Source: a virus
Length of the DNA: 64,000 nt
Reading direction: 5' to 3' (one strand)
IMG/VR virus record: IMGVR_UViG_3300027082_000001
Coordinates: 1-64,000 of that record
Under the pieces are notes generated by a model. The model was not told the origin of the DNA. It ran no database searches and worked only from the letters and a program-made list of their open reading frames with translations. Positions 1-9,344 of the stretch are shown here, one piece after another; positions within the stretch are counted from its first letter, which is position 1, and each line of letters begins with the position of its first letter. The translations under genes were made by a program, and so were the position numbers.

Positions 1-1
1 G

Positions 2-307
2 ATCGTCGATCAGGAAACCAACCAGCGTCTTCAAGACACTCTGGATGCAGCAGCCACTGCGGTCTCCACTGTGACCCAGAAGCTACGGATCCCTCTTCCT
101 ATGGTCGTTGCAGCCTTCGAAGCAGTTCATGATTCCAATATGAGCAAGCTCGATGACGAGGGCAAACCGATCCGTCGTGAAGATGGAAAGATCCTCAAAG
201 GTCCGAACTACAAAGCTCCGGACATGACGGGGATCGTCAGCGAATGGAAGAAATTCCAGACTGAAATGGCAGAACAGGAGACAGCAAATGCTCAAACCAC
301 TCACTGA
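2..307 (+). CDS. MazG-like/PRA-PH family NTP pyrophosphohydrolase (5'-truncated by window edge)
   Basis: Frame is open from base 2. The C-terminal motif AFEAVHDSNMSKL..GKPIRREDGKILKGPNY is typical of phage NTP-PPases. Confidence 0.8.
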   Translation: MVDQETNQRLQDTLDAAATAVSTVTQKLRIPLPMVVAAFEAVHDSNMSKLDDEGKPIRREDGKILKGPNYKAPDMTGIVSEWKKFQTEMAEQETANAQTTH

Positions 308-605
308 CACTGACTTTCGCACGAACGTTCGTGAAAATACCGATCCCATCGTCATCATGTTCACTGGGTCTTGGTGTCAGCCGTGCAAACGATTCAAACC
401 CACAGTCGAAGAGATGGCTCAACAGATGGCCGGAGATGTACGTTTCGCAGAGATGGACATCGAACATGCGGAAGAGACTGCTTCTCACCTGAACATCCGG
501 TCTGTACCTTCTGTGGTGTTGTTCTCGAACGGAATGGTGCAAAACATCCACGTTGGAACCATGACCAAAACTGAACTCCGTTTATGGATTCAGGAAAACA
601 TCTGA
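288..605 (+). CDS. trxA: Thioredoxin
   Basis: WCQPC active site, IRSVP cis-Pro motif, 105 aa, AGGAG RBS. Confidence 0.93.
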   Translation: MLKPLTDTDFRTNVRENTDPIVIMFTGSWCQPCKRFKPTVEEMAQQMAGDVRFAEMDIEHAEETASHLNIRSVPSVVLFSNGMVQNIHVGTMTKTELRLWIQENI

Positions 606-616
606 AAGGACTGACG

Positions 617-1036
617 ATGAAACGTCTTCTTCTCGGGGCTACTGCGGTAGTCTCATTCTTCGCTCTGGCTGCTTGTCAGGATGATGCAACCACCGCCAAC
701 CTCAATCTTTCCAAAGAGGCTGACAACTTCAAGATCATGAGGAACATTGTGTTTTACAACACATGGACCGATACTGAGGTTGTTCAGGTAACTGGTCTTT
801 GCAGCATCGAAGACAAAGGTGACAAGCTCTGGGCAACCTGCAAGGAGCCTGATGGCTTCAAGCGACACTCCATGGGTCGAAGTGCCAACCTAACCTACTT
901 CAGTGTCCAACTCGAATCGGCAGATGTGTCGGTGTATCACACCAAGATCATCTGGAAGCCTCAGAGCTTTATTCCCGATATCGACATTCGTAGTGATGCA
1001 GGAGAACTGCTCTCCACTGATCACATCGACAACTGA
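617..1036 (+). CDS. Putative lipoprotein, conserved phage protein
   Basis: AAGGA RBS before ATG 617. Signal peptide MKRLLLGATAVVSFFALAAC with lipobox. Confidence 0.7.
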   Translation: MKRLLLGATAVVSFFALAACQDDATTANLNLSKEADNFKIMRNIVFYNTWTDTEVVQVTGLCSIEDKGDKLWATCKEPDGFKRHSMGRSANLTYFSVQLESADVSVYHTKIIWKPQSFIPDIDIRSDAGELLSTDHIDN

Positions 1037-1109
1037 TCCCTGAGTGGAGTCGCAGTAGCAAAAGCGAAATTGCGATCCACGGCATTCTTGATGCCCTATG
1101 ACGGGATAA

Positions 1110-1141
1110 CTCCTGCCCCATTTCTTGGGGTAGGGGTTTTT
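1110..1141 (+). terminator. Rho-independent terminator
   Basis: CCTGCCCCA-tttct-TGGGGTAGG stem followed by a T-run. Confidence 0.75.
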
Positions 1142-1161
1142 GTATTTCAAACCAAGGAGAT

Positions 1162-3723
1162 ATGACCATGCAAGTCCTGAATGGCAGCGACTTCGAACAG
1201 AAAAACGTCCTGATCGGAGGCGGTGAAACTGAGGCATTCGGGGTCACAAATGACCCTGTACTGATGAACATGCTGTCCACTGGTCTCTACCAGAAACCAA
1301 TGCGGACCATGATCCAAGAAACGATGTTCAATGCTTGGGATGCCCACCGCATGGGTGATTGCCAAGATACTCCCATCGACATCTACATCAACGACACCTC
1401 GGGTCTGATCATTCGTGACTATGGTCCCGGTATCCATAAGAGCGAAATCCACCCGATTTATTGCATCTATGGCAACTCTACCAAGCGTTCCCAAGATGCT
1501 CTCACTGGTGGTTTCGGTCTTGGTTCCAAGTCCCCCTATGCCTACACAGACAGCTTCACTGTCACCTCATTCCACAAAGGAGTGAAGGGAATGTATGTGA
1601 TGAACCGTGTCTCTGACGAAAGTGCAGGTGGACCCGGACGCTCCATCATTTTCGAAGATATCCCTACTGATGAATCAGGACTTCTCGTTACCGTTCCTTT
1701 GAACTCAGAAGGAGACATGGTACGTGCTTATGAGTACGTAAAAGAAATCCTTTATCTTTCTGGAATCAAAGCAAATATTCACTATTGCAATGAAGAAGTA
1801 GAACTCATTGAAGCAGATGAAGTTTCTCCCGGTGAGTGGGTTATCGGTGATGACCAAAACAGTGGTAATCTCTATGCCGTTTACGGTGGTGTTCGCTACA
1901 AGTTGGTTCCGGATGAAGCCTATGAAGCCGAGTATCGGTTCGTCTCCAAAATGGCTCGTCGTCTTGGAACGTTGTACATCGGCTTCAAACCATCGACTTT
2001 GACACCTCTGCCTAGTCGTGAAGGTTTGAACCTGAACGCAAAGACAGTGGAAACCATCCGTAACCAACTGGAAATCATAGAAGAAAACTTTCGTTCCATG
2101 TTGATTCCCTGCGCTCGTGTCATGCTCAAGGAAGGCTTCAAATCCCTCAAGGAATCTGGAGTAGAACCAAAGTTTATGATTGAAGCATGGGTTCGAGTTG
2201 GTGATCGGAAGCCACTTCAGAAAGTAGTGGATCCAGATCATCTTGTTCTGGCTTCTGCACAAGAACAGTGTCCTGACACCATGAATCAGTCGATGTGGAA
2301 CAGCATCTGTACTTTAGTTCTGAAAGACACTGCGGAAGTCGAACGATTCATTAGCAGCAAGCGGTTTGACCAAATGAAGTATATCATTTGGGCCAAAAAC
2401 TTCCCGGAGTTCAAGCACTATCGGGATTACATCATGAATTGGGGACGCTCTTGTCGAAATATCAAGACTGTGAAAATGATCGAAATCCCCAAATCCATGA
2501 AAGAACTGATCGACGCCAAGAAGATCTGTGATGACATCACCGGACTCGACAACGATATTCGTGTTGGTGACAGTGATGATTGGCTTGTGGTGGAGAACAT
2601 CCGTCGTGCTGGTAAGGTGGGGTATATCACTAACCGTCAGAAAACCATCATCGAAAACCTCCGTGGAACCAAGGCTTTGAAAACGCCCAATCGTCGGTAT
2701 CCTGATCGTCTTTGGTTCAAGAAAAATGGTAAAGAGTACAGTAATGTACTACTGACCAAGACGGTCATTCTGGCGAAAACTCTGGGTACTCTGAAAGAGA
2801 CTCGTTTCTCATACCAGAGTATGTTCACCAAGAACTACCCAACAGTCAAAATATATCACCAGTTTCATCGGTCTGCGTTTGGCGACAACTACCACCACGC
2901 CAATGCCCACCCTATAGCTGCTATCGTGGTTCATCAGAAGAAAGGGAACTACGACAAGGCTCTCAAGGCACTAGAGGACGCTGGATACACGGTCTATGAA
3001 GCCGATGAGCCTCCGAAGCAGGTGAGATCCTCTACACCCTCTACACCCTCTACACCTCGTCCGAGAAGCACCTATCCTCTCTACGATCCTACGGAGGAGG
3101 ACTGGTGTGACTGGGACAATCCAGTAGAAAATCCCACCTGCTACATCACTCTGACAGAGCACAAGATCAAAACCGGATATCGCTCGGATCTCCCTGATCG
3201 GAAACTCATGGCTTGGGTTTATCAAAACACGCCTCGTTTCGTGGTTATCCACAACAAGTCTCGTGTGACAAAGAAATTTGATAAGATCCCAACCTACGAG
3301 CAGAAGCTCCACCAGATGATCTGTAAGATTCTGGAAGATCCGCAGAGAGTAGAGACAATGCGTTTGCATTATCTGCTTCAGAAAGAATCGGGACTACCTG
3401 AGAAAATCAGAGCACTTCCAGAGATCCAGAAGTTCTTCGGTCTTCCCTATTTACGAACTAAGCAGAAAGACAAGTTCTGGGAAGACATGACGATCCTTCA
3501 CACGGCAAAGAAATGTCGGTACACCAATACCGATACTCGGGTTCTAGTCCGTGAAAGTCTCAGCCCACACGTCGAAAGTGACGCTGTTTCTTTGGTTCGT
3601 CAGAAAATGAAGAACTTGGAGTTTTTCAACGACTACCGGATGGAGTCTCACATTCGTGGAATGAAACCGGGAGAGATAAAAGTCTTTTCCGAAAAACTCA
3701 TGCGGTTCCTGCGAACTGTTTGA
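1162..3723 (+). CDS. rIIA: rIIA-like protein
   Basis: N-terminal GHKL/Hsp90-like ATPase motifs (ETMFNAWDAH, IRDYGPGI, GGFGLGSKSP). Paired with rIIB as in N4-like phages. Confidence 0.88.
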   Translation: MTMQVLNGSDFEQKNVLIGGGETEAFGVTNDPVLMNMLSTGLYQKPMRTMIQETMFNAWDAHRMGDCQDTPIDIYINDTSGLIIRDYGPGIHKSEIHPIYCIYGNSTKRSQDALTGGFGLGSKSPYAYTDSFTVTSFHKGVKGMYVMNRVSDESAGGPGRSIIFEDIPTDESGLLVTVPLNSEGDMVRAYEYVKEILYLSGIKANIHYCNEEVELIEADEVSPGEWVIGDDQNSGNLYAVYGGVRYKLVPDEAYEAEYRFVSKMARRLGTLYIGFKPSTLTPLPSREGLNLNAKTVETIRNQLEIIEENFRSMLIPCARVMLKEGFKSLKESGVEPKFMIEAWVRVGDRKPLQKVVDPDHLVLASAQEQCPDTMNQSMWNSICTLVLKDTAEVERFISSKRFDQMKYIIWAKNFPEFKHYRDYIMNWGRSCRNIKTVKMIEIPKSMKELIDAKKICDDITGLDNDIRVGDSDDWLVVENIRRAGKVGYITNRQKTIIENLRGTKALKTPNRRYPDRLWFKKNGKEYSNVLLTKTVILAKTLGTLKETRFSYQSMFTKNYPTVKIYHQFHRSAFGDNYHHANAHPIAAIVVHQKKGNYDKALKALEDAGYTVYEADEPPKQVRSSTPSTPSTPRPRSTYPLYDPTEEDWCDWDNPVENPTCYITLTEHKIKTGYRSDLPDRKLMAWVYQNTPRFVVIHNKSRVTKKFDKIPTYEQKLHQMICKILEDPQRVETMRLHYLLQKESGLPEKIRALPEIQKFFGLPYLRTKQKDKFWEDMTILHTAKKCRYTNTDTRVLVRESLSPHVESDAVSLVRQKMKNLEFFNDYRMESHIRGMKPGEIKVFSEKLMRFLRTV
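3031..3057 (+). repeat. 9-bp tandem repeat (TCTACACCC x3) encoding an STP-STP-STP linker in rIIA
   Basis: Seen directly in the sequence; the third copy ends in CCT. Confidence 0.8.
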
Positions 3724-3742
3724 TCAAACCAAGAGGTAAACC

Positions 3743-5173
3743 ATGACCGACAATACCAAGAACGTCGTGTCCATGTTGGCTTCCGAGACGAATATCATGC
3801 TCATCACCGTTGATGGTGAAGTGCTTGATATGAAGATCGACGGCCCGTATGACACGACGGCACTTGCGGAGTTTCTGACTCCCAAACTGGACGGAAAGAC
3901 AGTCGTTCTGACTGACCTGAACCAGTTCATGACAATCTCCAAAGCCATCATTCCTGAAGGCTTTGAGAACAGTGGCATAATTGTCACACACGAAATCAAC
4001 GGCAAACAGGTTCAGGGGATCTTCTATCCTCAGAAAGTCTCTGTGGCCGTTGAACACGAGGGTGAACAGGTTGTCATCCCGAAGGTGGAGAAGCTCCAAA
4101 AGCACGCAAACCGTGCTGCTGATGAACAATCCCCTGCGGTACGTAACTTCCTTCGTCGCCTCGCTCCAGTGGCCAAAGATCGCCTTCACAGTGCTGAAGA
4201 TCTGATGGACTTCATCGAACGGTCTGAGCTTCCGCTCACCAACGACGGTCTCATCATCGGATACAAGAAGGTGAACCAACGGTCTAATGAAATGTTCGTT
4301 GATATCCACTCGGGTAAAATCGAACAACAGGTCGGGAGTCACGTCTGGATGGATGTGGATGGGGTTGATCCCAGTCGCAACCGTTCCTGCTCTCACGGCC
4401 TGCATGTGGCCAATCTTGGCTACCTTCGTTGGTTTGGTGGTTCTCACACTCTGATCGTTCTGGTGGATCCTGCAAATTTCATTGCTGTCCCTCATGGCGA
4501 GACGAACAAGGCCCGTGTCTGTGCATATGATGTCATTGGCGTCATGACTGCACAAACACATGAGATGGTTGACTCTGGTGCATTCGTCACCGGAGAACAG
4601 ACCTTCAACTCTGTCATCCAAGATGCAGTGATGGGACGAGCTATCAAGCCGTTCGAAGCTGTGCAGGTAGGTGATAAAAAGGTGGAGAGTCGAGTGGCTA
4701 TCAAAGGCCGTGAGATCCCTGCTATAGCCTTGGAAGAAGCCAAGCCTGATATACAAACCTCTGGTGAATCTCTGAATATTGATAAAGAGATTCGTCGTGA
4801 AAAGAAGGACATCGTGAAGATGGCAAAAACTTCTCAGAAAACTGCAACTGGCGCAATGCCTTGGGACTCTGCTCCAAAAGAAGTCATCGCAGTGTTCGAA
4901 GATCTCCGTCTGGAGAAAGGCTCGAAGTCGGCAATCGCTGCACTTCACAACACCTCGACCCGTACCATGGGTCGCTGGGCTGACAAGTACGACTACGACG
5001 GTTACGTGAAGTCGAAAGAAACGACTCTCACCGTCACCGAACGTGCTCGCCTAATGTTCAATCAGGGTGCTTTCGAAGCACTAGCAGCCTTCAAGAAGGC
5101 AAAGAAAAAGAGCTACAATGCGCTCGGATTCACTGCCAAAGAAGAGAAACAGATTCTGACTGCTATCAGTTAA
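3743..5173 (+). CDS. rIIB: rIIB-like protein
   Basis: LPLTNDGLIIGYKKV, CSHGLHV and VDPANFIAVP..KARVCAY motifs; C-terminal HTH-like segment. Confidence 0.88.
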   Translation: MTDNTKNVVSMLASETNIMLITVDGEVLDMKIDGPYDTTALAEFLTPKLDGKTVVLTDLNQFMTISKAIIPEGFENSGIIVTHEINGKQVQGIFYPQKVSVAVEHEGEQVVIPKVEKLQKHANRAADEQSPAVRNFLRRLAPVAKDRLHSAEDLMDFIERSELPLTNDGLIIGYKKVNQRSNEMFVDIHSGKIEQQVGSHVWMDVDGVDPSRNRSCSHGLHVANLGYLRWFGGSHTLIVLVDPANFIAVPHGETNKARVCAYDVIGVMTAQTHEMVDSGAFVTGEQTFNSVIQDAVMGRAIKPFEAVQVGDKKVESRVAIKGREIPAIALEEAKPDIQTSGESLNIDKEIRREKKDIVKMAKTSQKTATGAMPWDSAPKEVIAVFEDLRLEKGSKSAIAALHNTSTRTMGRWADKYDYDGYVKSKETTLTVTERARLMFNQGAFEALAAFKKAKKKSYNALGFTAKEEKQILTAIS

Positions 5174-5187
5174 GGCTGTTCACTACT

Positions 5188-5254
5188 TTTGGATTAATGG
5201 TCATTTTAGTCTTAAATCCCGGCTCTGGGAGACTAATTTGGCCATTAATCCAAA
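5188..5254 (+). other. Long imperfect inverted repeat / stem-loop
   Basis: TTTGGATTAATGGTCA pairs with TGGCCATTAATCCAAA; inner TTAGTC/GACTAA and TCCC/GGGA. Confidence 0.8.
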
Positions 5255-5330
5255 TCTTACTGCATGTTCACTTTTTGTTCTACATGACGCGAGTTCCGCC
5301 GCGAATATCAAATCGAAGGAGGTTTCCCAA

Positions 5331-5789
5331 ATGTGTCGCCGCTCTGAGATCCAAGAAAAAGTCTACTCCAACGTCGAGATCGTTGATCTTGGATACGAAA
5401 CTGAGTGTCACATTTGGCAAGGCTCTAATTCTGGGAACGGTCGTGGAGGTGGATACCCTCGAATGTGTCTGTCAGGTCACACTGTCGCTGTGCATCGAGT
5501 CATGTACACTCAACTTCATGGCTACATTCCGGGTAAGAAACAGATAGACCATAAGTGTCGAAACCGTATGTGTGTTAATCCTAATCATCTGGAGATGGTC
5601 ACACACAAACAAAACCAACGGAGAAGAGATGATGCCAGATTTTCTGACACCAATGATGATGACACAAGCAATCGTACTGGGATGTTTGTTTCTGGGTTTG
5701 ATCATGCAAGTGATCCATGCCCAAGCCATCGCCAAAATGGAACGGTCCATGACCCAAAAACTCGATCAACTGTTGGAGCAACAGCCTGA
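5331..5789 (+). CDS. HNH endonuclease (HNH_3-like)
   Basis: AGGAGG RBS before ATG 5331. Motifs ECHIWQG, GYPRM, VHRV, IDHKCRNRMCVNPNHLEMVTHKQN. Confidence 0.85.
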   Translation: MCRRSEIQEKVYSNVEIVDLGYETECHIWQGSNSGNGRGGGYPRMCLSGHTVAVHRVMYTQLHGYIPGKKQIDHKCRNRMCVNPNHLEMVTHKQNQRRRDDARFSDTNDDDTSNRTGMFVSGFDHASDPCPSHRQNGTVHDPKTRSTVGATA

Positions 5790-5940
5790 ATACCATGGAC
5801 CCAAACTGGAAGATTTGATTCAGAAAGACTTCCTCAAACAGATGGATTTCGATCCTGAATCGTTCACCCCTATAACCGACGAAGAGCTTGAAGAAATGCA
5901 GAATCTGCAAGAGACTCTGAGTCAAACAAAAAAGTCCTGA
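5629..5940 (+). CDS. Hypothetical membrane-anchored protein
   Basis: GGAGA RBS, N-terminal hydrophobic helix, acidic coiled C-terminus. Overlaps the HNH 3' end. Confidence 0.6.
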   Translation: MMPDFLTPMMMTQAIVLGCLFLGLIMQVIHAQAIAKMERSMTQKLDQLLEQQPEYHGPKLEDLIQKDFLKQMDFDPESFTPITDEELEEMQNLQETLSQTKKS

Positions 5941-6007
5941 TCATGATTTTTGTTTTTGGTTCCAACAAATCTGGCATTCATGGTGCCGGAGCAGCAAAGG
6001 AGCAGAC

Positions 6008-6367
6008 ATGAATATGGAGCACAAGAAGGGGATCCGATGGTGGATCTTCAGACTGTTTGGCCCCCCAACGGTCCAAAACTTGGTGAATTACATCGACGAG
6101 ATGCAATTGAATTGTCCAGAAGCTATGGACATTGCCATCTACCCGATGGGGGAGTTCAGTTTCAATGTGAAAACTTCCAGAGACAACGATTTGAAGCCTT
6201 TAGTATTCCCTACCATACAAGAAAGAACCTCTTTCCAAGCTGGTCTGAACTATGGAGTGGGTCTTATGGGTGGGACTACAGAAACCCTGTCTGAAGAAGA
6301 CTTTCAAGCCCTTGAAGCCATGGAGAAAAAAACGACCCATGGTGGAGGAGGGCAGCGAAATAACTAA
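6008..6367 (+). CDS. Hypothetical protein
   Basis: GGGAG RBS, 119-aa ORF, phage-like codon usage. Confidence 0.65.
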   Translation: MNMEHKKGIRWWIFRLFGPPTVQNLVNYIDEMQLNCPEAMDIAIYPMGEFSFNVKTSRDNDLKPLVFPTIQERTSFQAGLNYGVGLMGGTTETLSEEDFQALEAMEKKTTHGGGGQRNN

Positions 6368-6440
6368 ATGTGCTTGCTCCTCTGAAGTGACATTGGTACA
6401 TCGAACATCCGTTTTCCAACCCAAACCAAGAGGTCCAACC

Positions 6441-8795
6441 ATGAGTGAAGCTCATTTCCTTCAACCCATCAGCGAGCAGATCTGGAACCAAAAGTACCGT
6501 TTCAAAACGGATCGTGAAGGTTTCAATTCTGATCGAGATGTGGTTGATACATGGAGTCGAATTGCATCTGCCTGTGCAGATCTTCCTCCTCTCCACAACA
6601 ACTATGCAGAACGAGAAGCACTCGAACAACGCTTCTTCAAATCTTTGTATGGTTTCAAGTTCTTACCTGCTGGTCGGATCAATTCCGGTGCAGGTACAGG
6701 ACGCAACGTGACTCTGTTCAACTGCTATGTCATGGGAACCATCCCAGACAGTCTTGACGGTATCTTCGATATGCTCAAGGAAGCTGCTTTGACAATGCAG
6801 CAAGGTGGTGGAATCGGTTACGACTTTTCTACCCTTCGTCCGCAGGGGGCACCTGTGAAGGGCGTGGAGAGCTTCTCTAGCGGTCCTCTCACATTCATGG
6901 ATGTCTGGGATGCGATGTGTAAAACCATCATGTCTGCTGGTTCTCGTCGTGGAGCCATGATGGCTACCATGCGGTGTGATCATCCGGACATCATGGAATT
7001 CGTCCAAGCCAAGCAGGATCCTGCACGTCTTCGCAACTTTAACGTATCGGTGCTCTGTACTGATGAGTTCATGGAAGCGGTGGCTGCTGATTCTGACTGG
7101 GATCTCATGTTCAATGGCAAAGTCTATGAGACTATCAAAGCCAAAAAACTCTGGGATGCAATTCTGTGGAATACCTACAACTACGCTGAACCCGGTGTGA
7201 TCTTCATTGATCGCATTAACAAAGAGAACAACCTCTGGTTCCTTGAAACCATTGCCGCTACAAATCCATGCGGTGAGCAGCCGTTACCTCCTTATGGTGC
7301 ATGTTTGCTTGGTTCAGTGAATCTGGCAGCCCATGTCGTCTTTCCGTTCATCAAAGGACAGGCAGAGATAGACATGAACTCGCTGGAAGAATCTGTACGG
7401 ACTGGAGTGCGTCTTCTGGACAGTGTGGTAGAGACCAGCCTCTTCCCTCTGAAAGCACAACGAGACGAAGCACGCTTCAAGCGTCGCCAAGGCTTGGGTG
7501 TGACCGGACTGGCTGATGCTCTCTTCATGATTGGTGCAAAATATGGCAGTGAAAACGCTGTTCATTATACCAATATGATCATGAGAAATATTGCCATCTG
7601 GGCTTATGAAGAGTCCATTCAGATGGCACGGGAGATGGGTCCAGCACCTTGTCTTCAAAGCCTTGAAGCCCGTGAGAAGTTCATTCAATCTGGCTTCATG
7701 CAACGGATGCCACAGTACATCAAGGACGACATCCTTGAATGGGGTATCCGAAACTCTCACCTACTATCGGTGGCTCCCACAGGAACCATCAGCATGTATG
7801 CAGGCAATGTGAGTTCCGGGGGTGAGCCTATCTTCGCTCCTAGCTTTACTCGCAAGGTAACAAACGATGATGGAACCAAGCGAGAAGAGACAGTGTATGA
7901 CTACGCTGTTCTCAAATTCGAAGAGCACTTCGGTGAGAATGATAATCCCGACGCCATCTGGTGGTGGGAAAACTACATGGCAACGGCTCAGGATCTGACT
8001 CCTGAAGATCATATCGTCATGCAGGCTGTTCTCCAGAAGTGGGTGGACTCGTCCATTTCGAAAACTGTGAATTTGCCCAAGGATATCTCGTTCGAGAAGT
8101 TCAAAGCAGTCTACGACCATGCCTTCAAAACTGGCTGTAAAGGTTGCACAACCTACCGGCCAAATGACGTGACAGGATCCGTCTTGTCCGTTGAAACCAA
8201 AGAAAAAGAACCGGAAATTAAACCGGAAATCGTAGACAAAGAATACGATGGCGATATGCGGGTGATGGCTCGTCCTGCCGTAACTGATGGCTCTACTTAC
8301 AAGTGTCGTTGGGGTAAGGACAGCTACTATGTCACCTTCAACAACGTCGTGGACCCTGAACATGAATGGTTCATGCCTTTCGAGATCTTCATCAACAGTA
8401 AAAATGTCGAACATCACCAATGGACAATGGCTCTGACTCGAATGATCAGTGCAGTATTCCAACGAGGTGGAGATGTGAGATTTGTAGCTGAAGAACTCAA
8501 GCAAATCCATGATCCCAAAGGGGGTCAGTGGGTAGAAGGTCGGTACTGTCCTTCTTTGGTTGCTCTGATAGGCCAAAAGCTGTCAGAGCATCTAGACCTG
8601 ATCGGGTATCAATCGACCCCTGAAAGTCTACCATCTCCTGTGACCACCTCTTTCATCACGACAGAGGAAGATGCCAAGCAGTCGCCCGATACAAGCTATG
8701 TGCCTGATCAATGCTCAAACTGCAAAGGTTATAGCATGGTGAACCTTTCTGGATGCCCGACTTGTCAGGACTGTGGCTACAGCAAATGTGGCTAA
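6441..8795 (+). CDS. nrdJ: Class II (adenosylcobalamin-dependent) ribonucleotide reductase
   Basis: FLPAGRI, TLFNCYV, GGGIGYDFS, ATNPCGEQPL, APTGTIS and DSSISKT motifs; C-terminal TSCPD domain and Cys zinc ribbon. No beta-subunit gene nearby. GAGG RBS before ATG 6441. Confidence 0.95.
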   Translation: MSEAHFLQPISEQIWNQKYRFKTDREGFNSDRDVVDTWSRIASACADLPPLHNNYAEREALEQRFFKSLYGFKFLPAGRINSGAGTGRNVTLFNCYVMGTIPDSLDGIFDMLKEAALTMQQGGGIGYDFSTLRPQGAPVKGVESFSSGPLTFMDVWDAMCKTIMSAGSRRGAMMATMRCDHPDIMEFVQAKQDPARLRNFNVSVLCTDEFMEAVAADSDWDLMFNGKVYETIKAKKLWDAILWNTYNYAEPGVIFIDRINKENNLWFLETIAATNPCGEQPLPPYGACLLGSVNLAAHVVFPFIKGQAEIDMNSLEESVRTGVRLLDSVVETSLFPLKAQRDEARFKRRQGLGVTGLADALFMIGAKYGSENAVHYTNMIMRNIAIWAYEESIQMAREMGPAPCLQSLEAREKFIQSGFMQRMPQYIKDDILEWGIRNSHLLSVAPTGTISMYAGNVSSGGEPIFAPSFTRKVTNDDGTKREETVYDYAVLKFEEHFGENDNPDAIWWWENYMATAQDLTPEDHIVMQAVLQKWVDSSISKTVNLPKDISFEKFKAVYDHAFKTGCKGCTTYRPNDVTGSVLSVETKEKEPEIKPEIVDKEYDGDMRVMARPAVTDGSTYKCRWGKDSYYVTFNNVVDPEHEWFMPFEIFINSKNVEHHQWTMALTRMISAVFQRGGDVRFVAEELKQIHDPKGGQWVEGRYCPSLVALIGQKLSEHLDLIGYQSTPESLPSPVTTSFITTEEDAKQSPDTSYVPDQCSNCKGYSMVNLSGCPTCQDCGYSKCG

Positions 8796-8929
8796 GTTTG
8801 AGCTAATTCATTTAGCTCTCCGAGGAAGATTATGTTCCACCTATTCGGACGAACTTCACAAATCGTAGACGGGAATAGGGCCAGAGAAAACTGGACTTTC
8901 GTGTGAAAGCCACAAGAACCAAATCAACA

Positions 8930-8960
8930 CCCCTCATCTCTTCGGAGGTGAGGGGTTTTT
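8930..8960 (+). terminator. Rho-independent terminator
   Basis: CCCCTCATCTC-TTCG-GAGGTGAGGGG followed by TTTTT (cUUCGg loop). Confidence 0.9.
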
Positions 8961-8975
8961 CTTCAAGAGGAAACC

Positions 8976-9344
8976 ATGATCGAAATCAGCTATGACAACG
9001 TGATGAATGGCCTGAATAAAGGTCTGCACATGATATGTGTTTGTCCAACTCAATATGAATCAGATCGACTTTACCGAAATGCACGAGAACTCTGGTACGT
9101 CAAAGGCTGGGCTATTTGTAAAAATGTCGAACGTTCCATTGAGTATGGCCCGGAAGGTTTTCCCAGAGTGTCTATAAGATTCAAGTCTTTGAACTCCTGT
9201 AGACAAAATTCTTGGAAAGGTTCTCGTAGAATTTTTCTGTTACATCCCGACTTCAATTCAGAAACTCTCAGTAGTCAAGAAGAACAAATGATCTCTGAGC
9301 TTCACCAACATAACATGAGGGATCTCGAACAATGGCGAGCCTAA
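8976..9344 (+). CDS. Hypothetical protein
   Basis: GAGG RBS, 122 aa, overlaps the helicase start. Confidence 0.65.
   Translation: MIEISYDNVMNGLNKGLHMICVCPTQYESDRLYRNARELWYVKGWAICKNVERSIEYGPEGFPRVSIRFKSLNSCRQNSWKGSRRIFLLHPDFNSETLSSQEEQMISELHQHNMRDLEQWRA

Noticed and set aside
5238-6440. ORF-track upstream extensions (5238, 5572, 6252) and alternative ORFs 5197-5547 and 5950-6294
   Set aside because: Downstream ATGs have clear RBSs (5331, 5629, 6441). The extensions run through hairpins or other genes.
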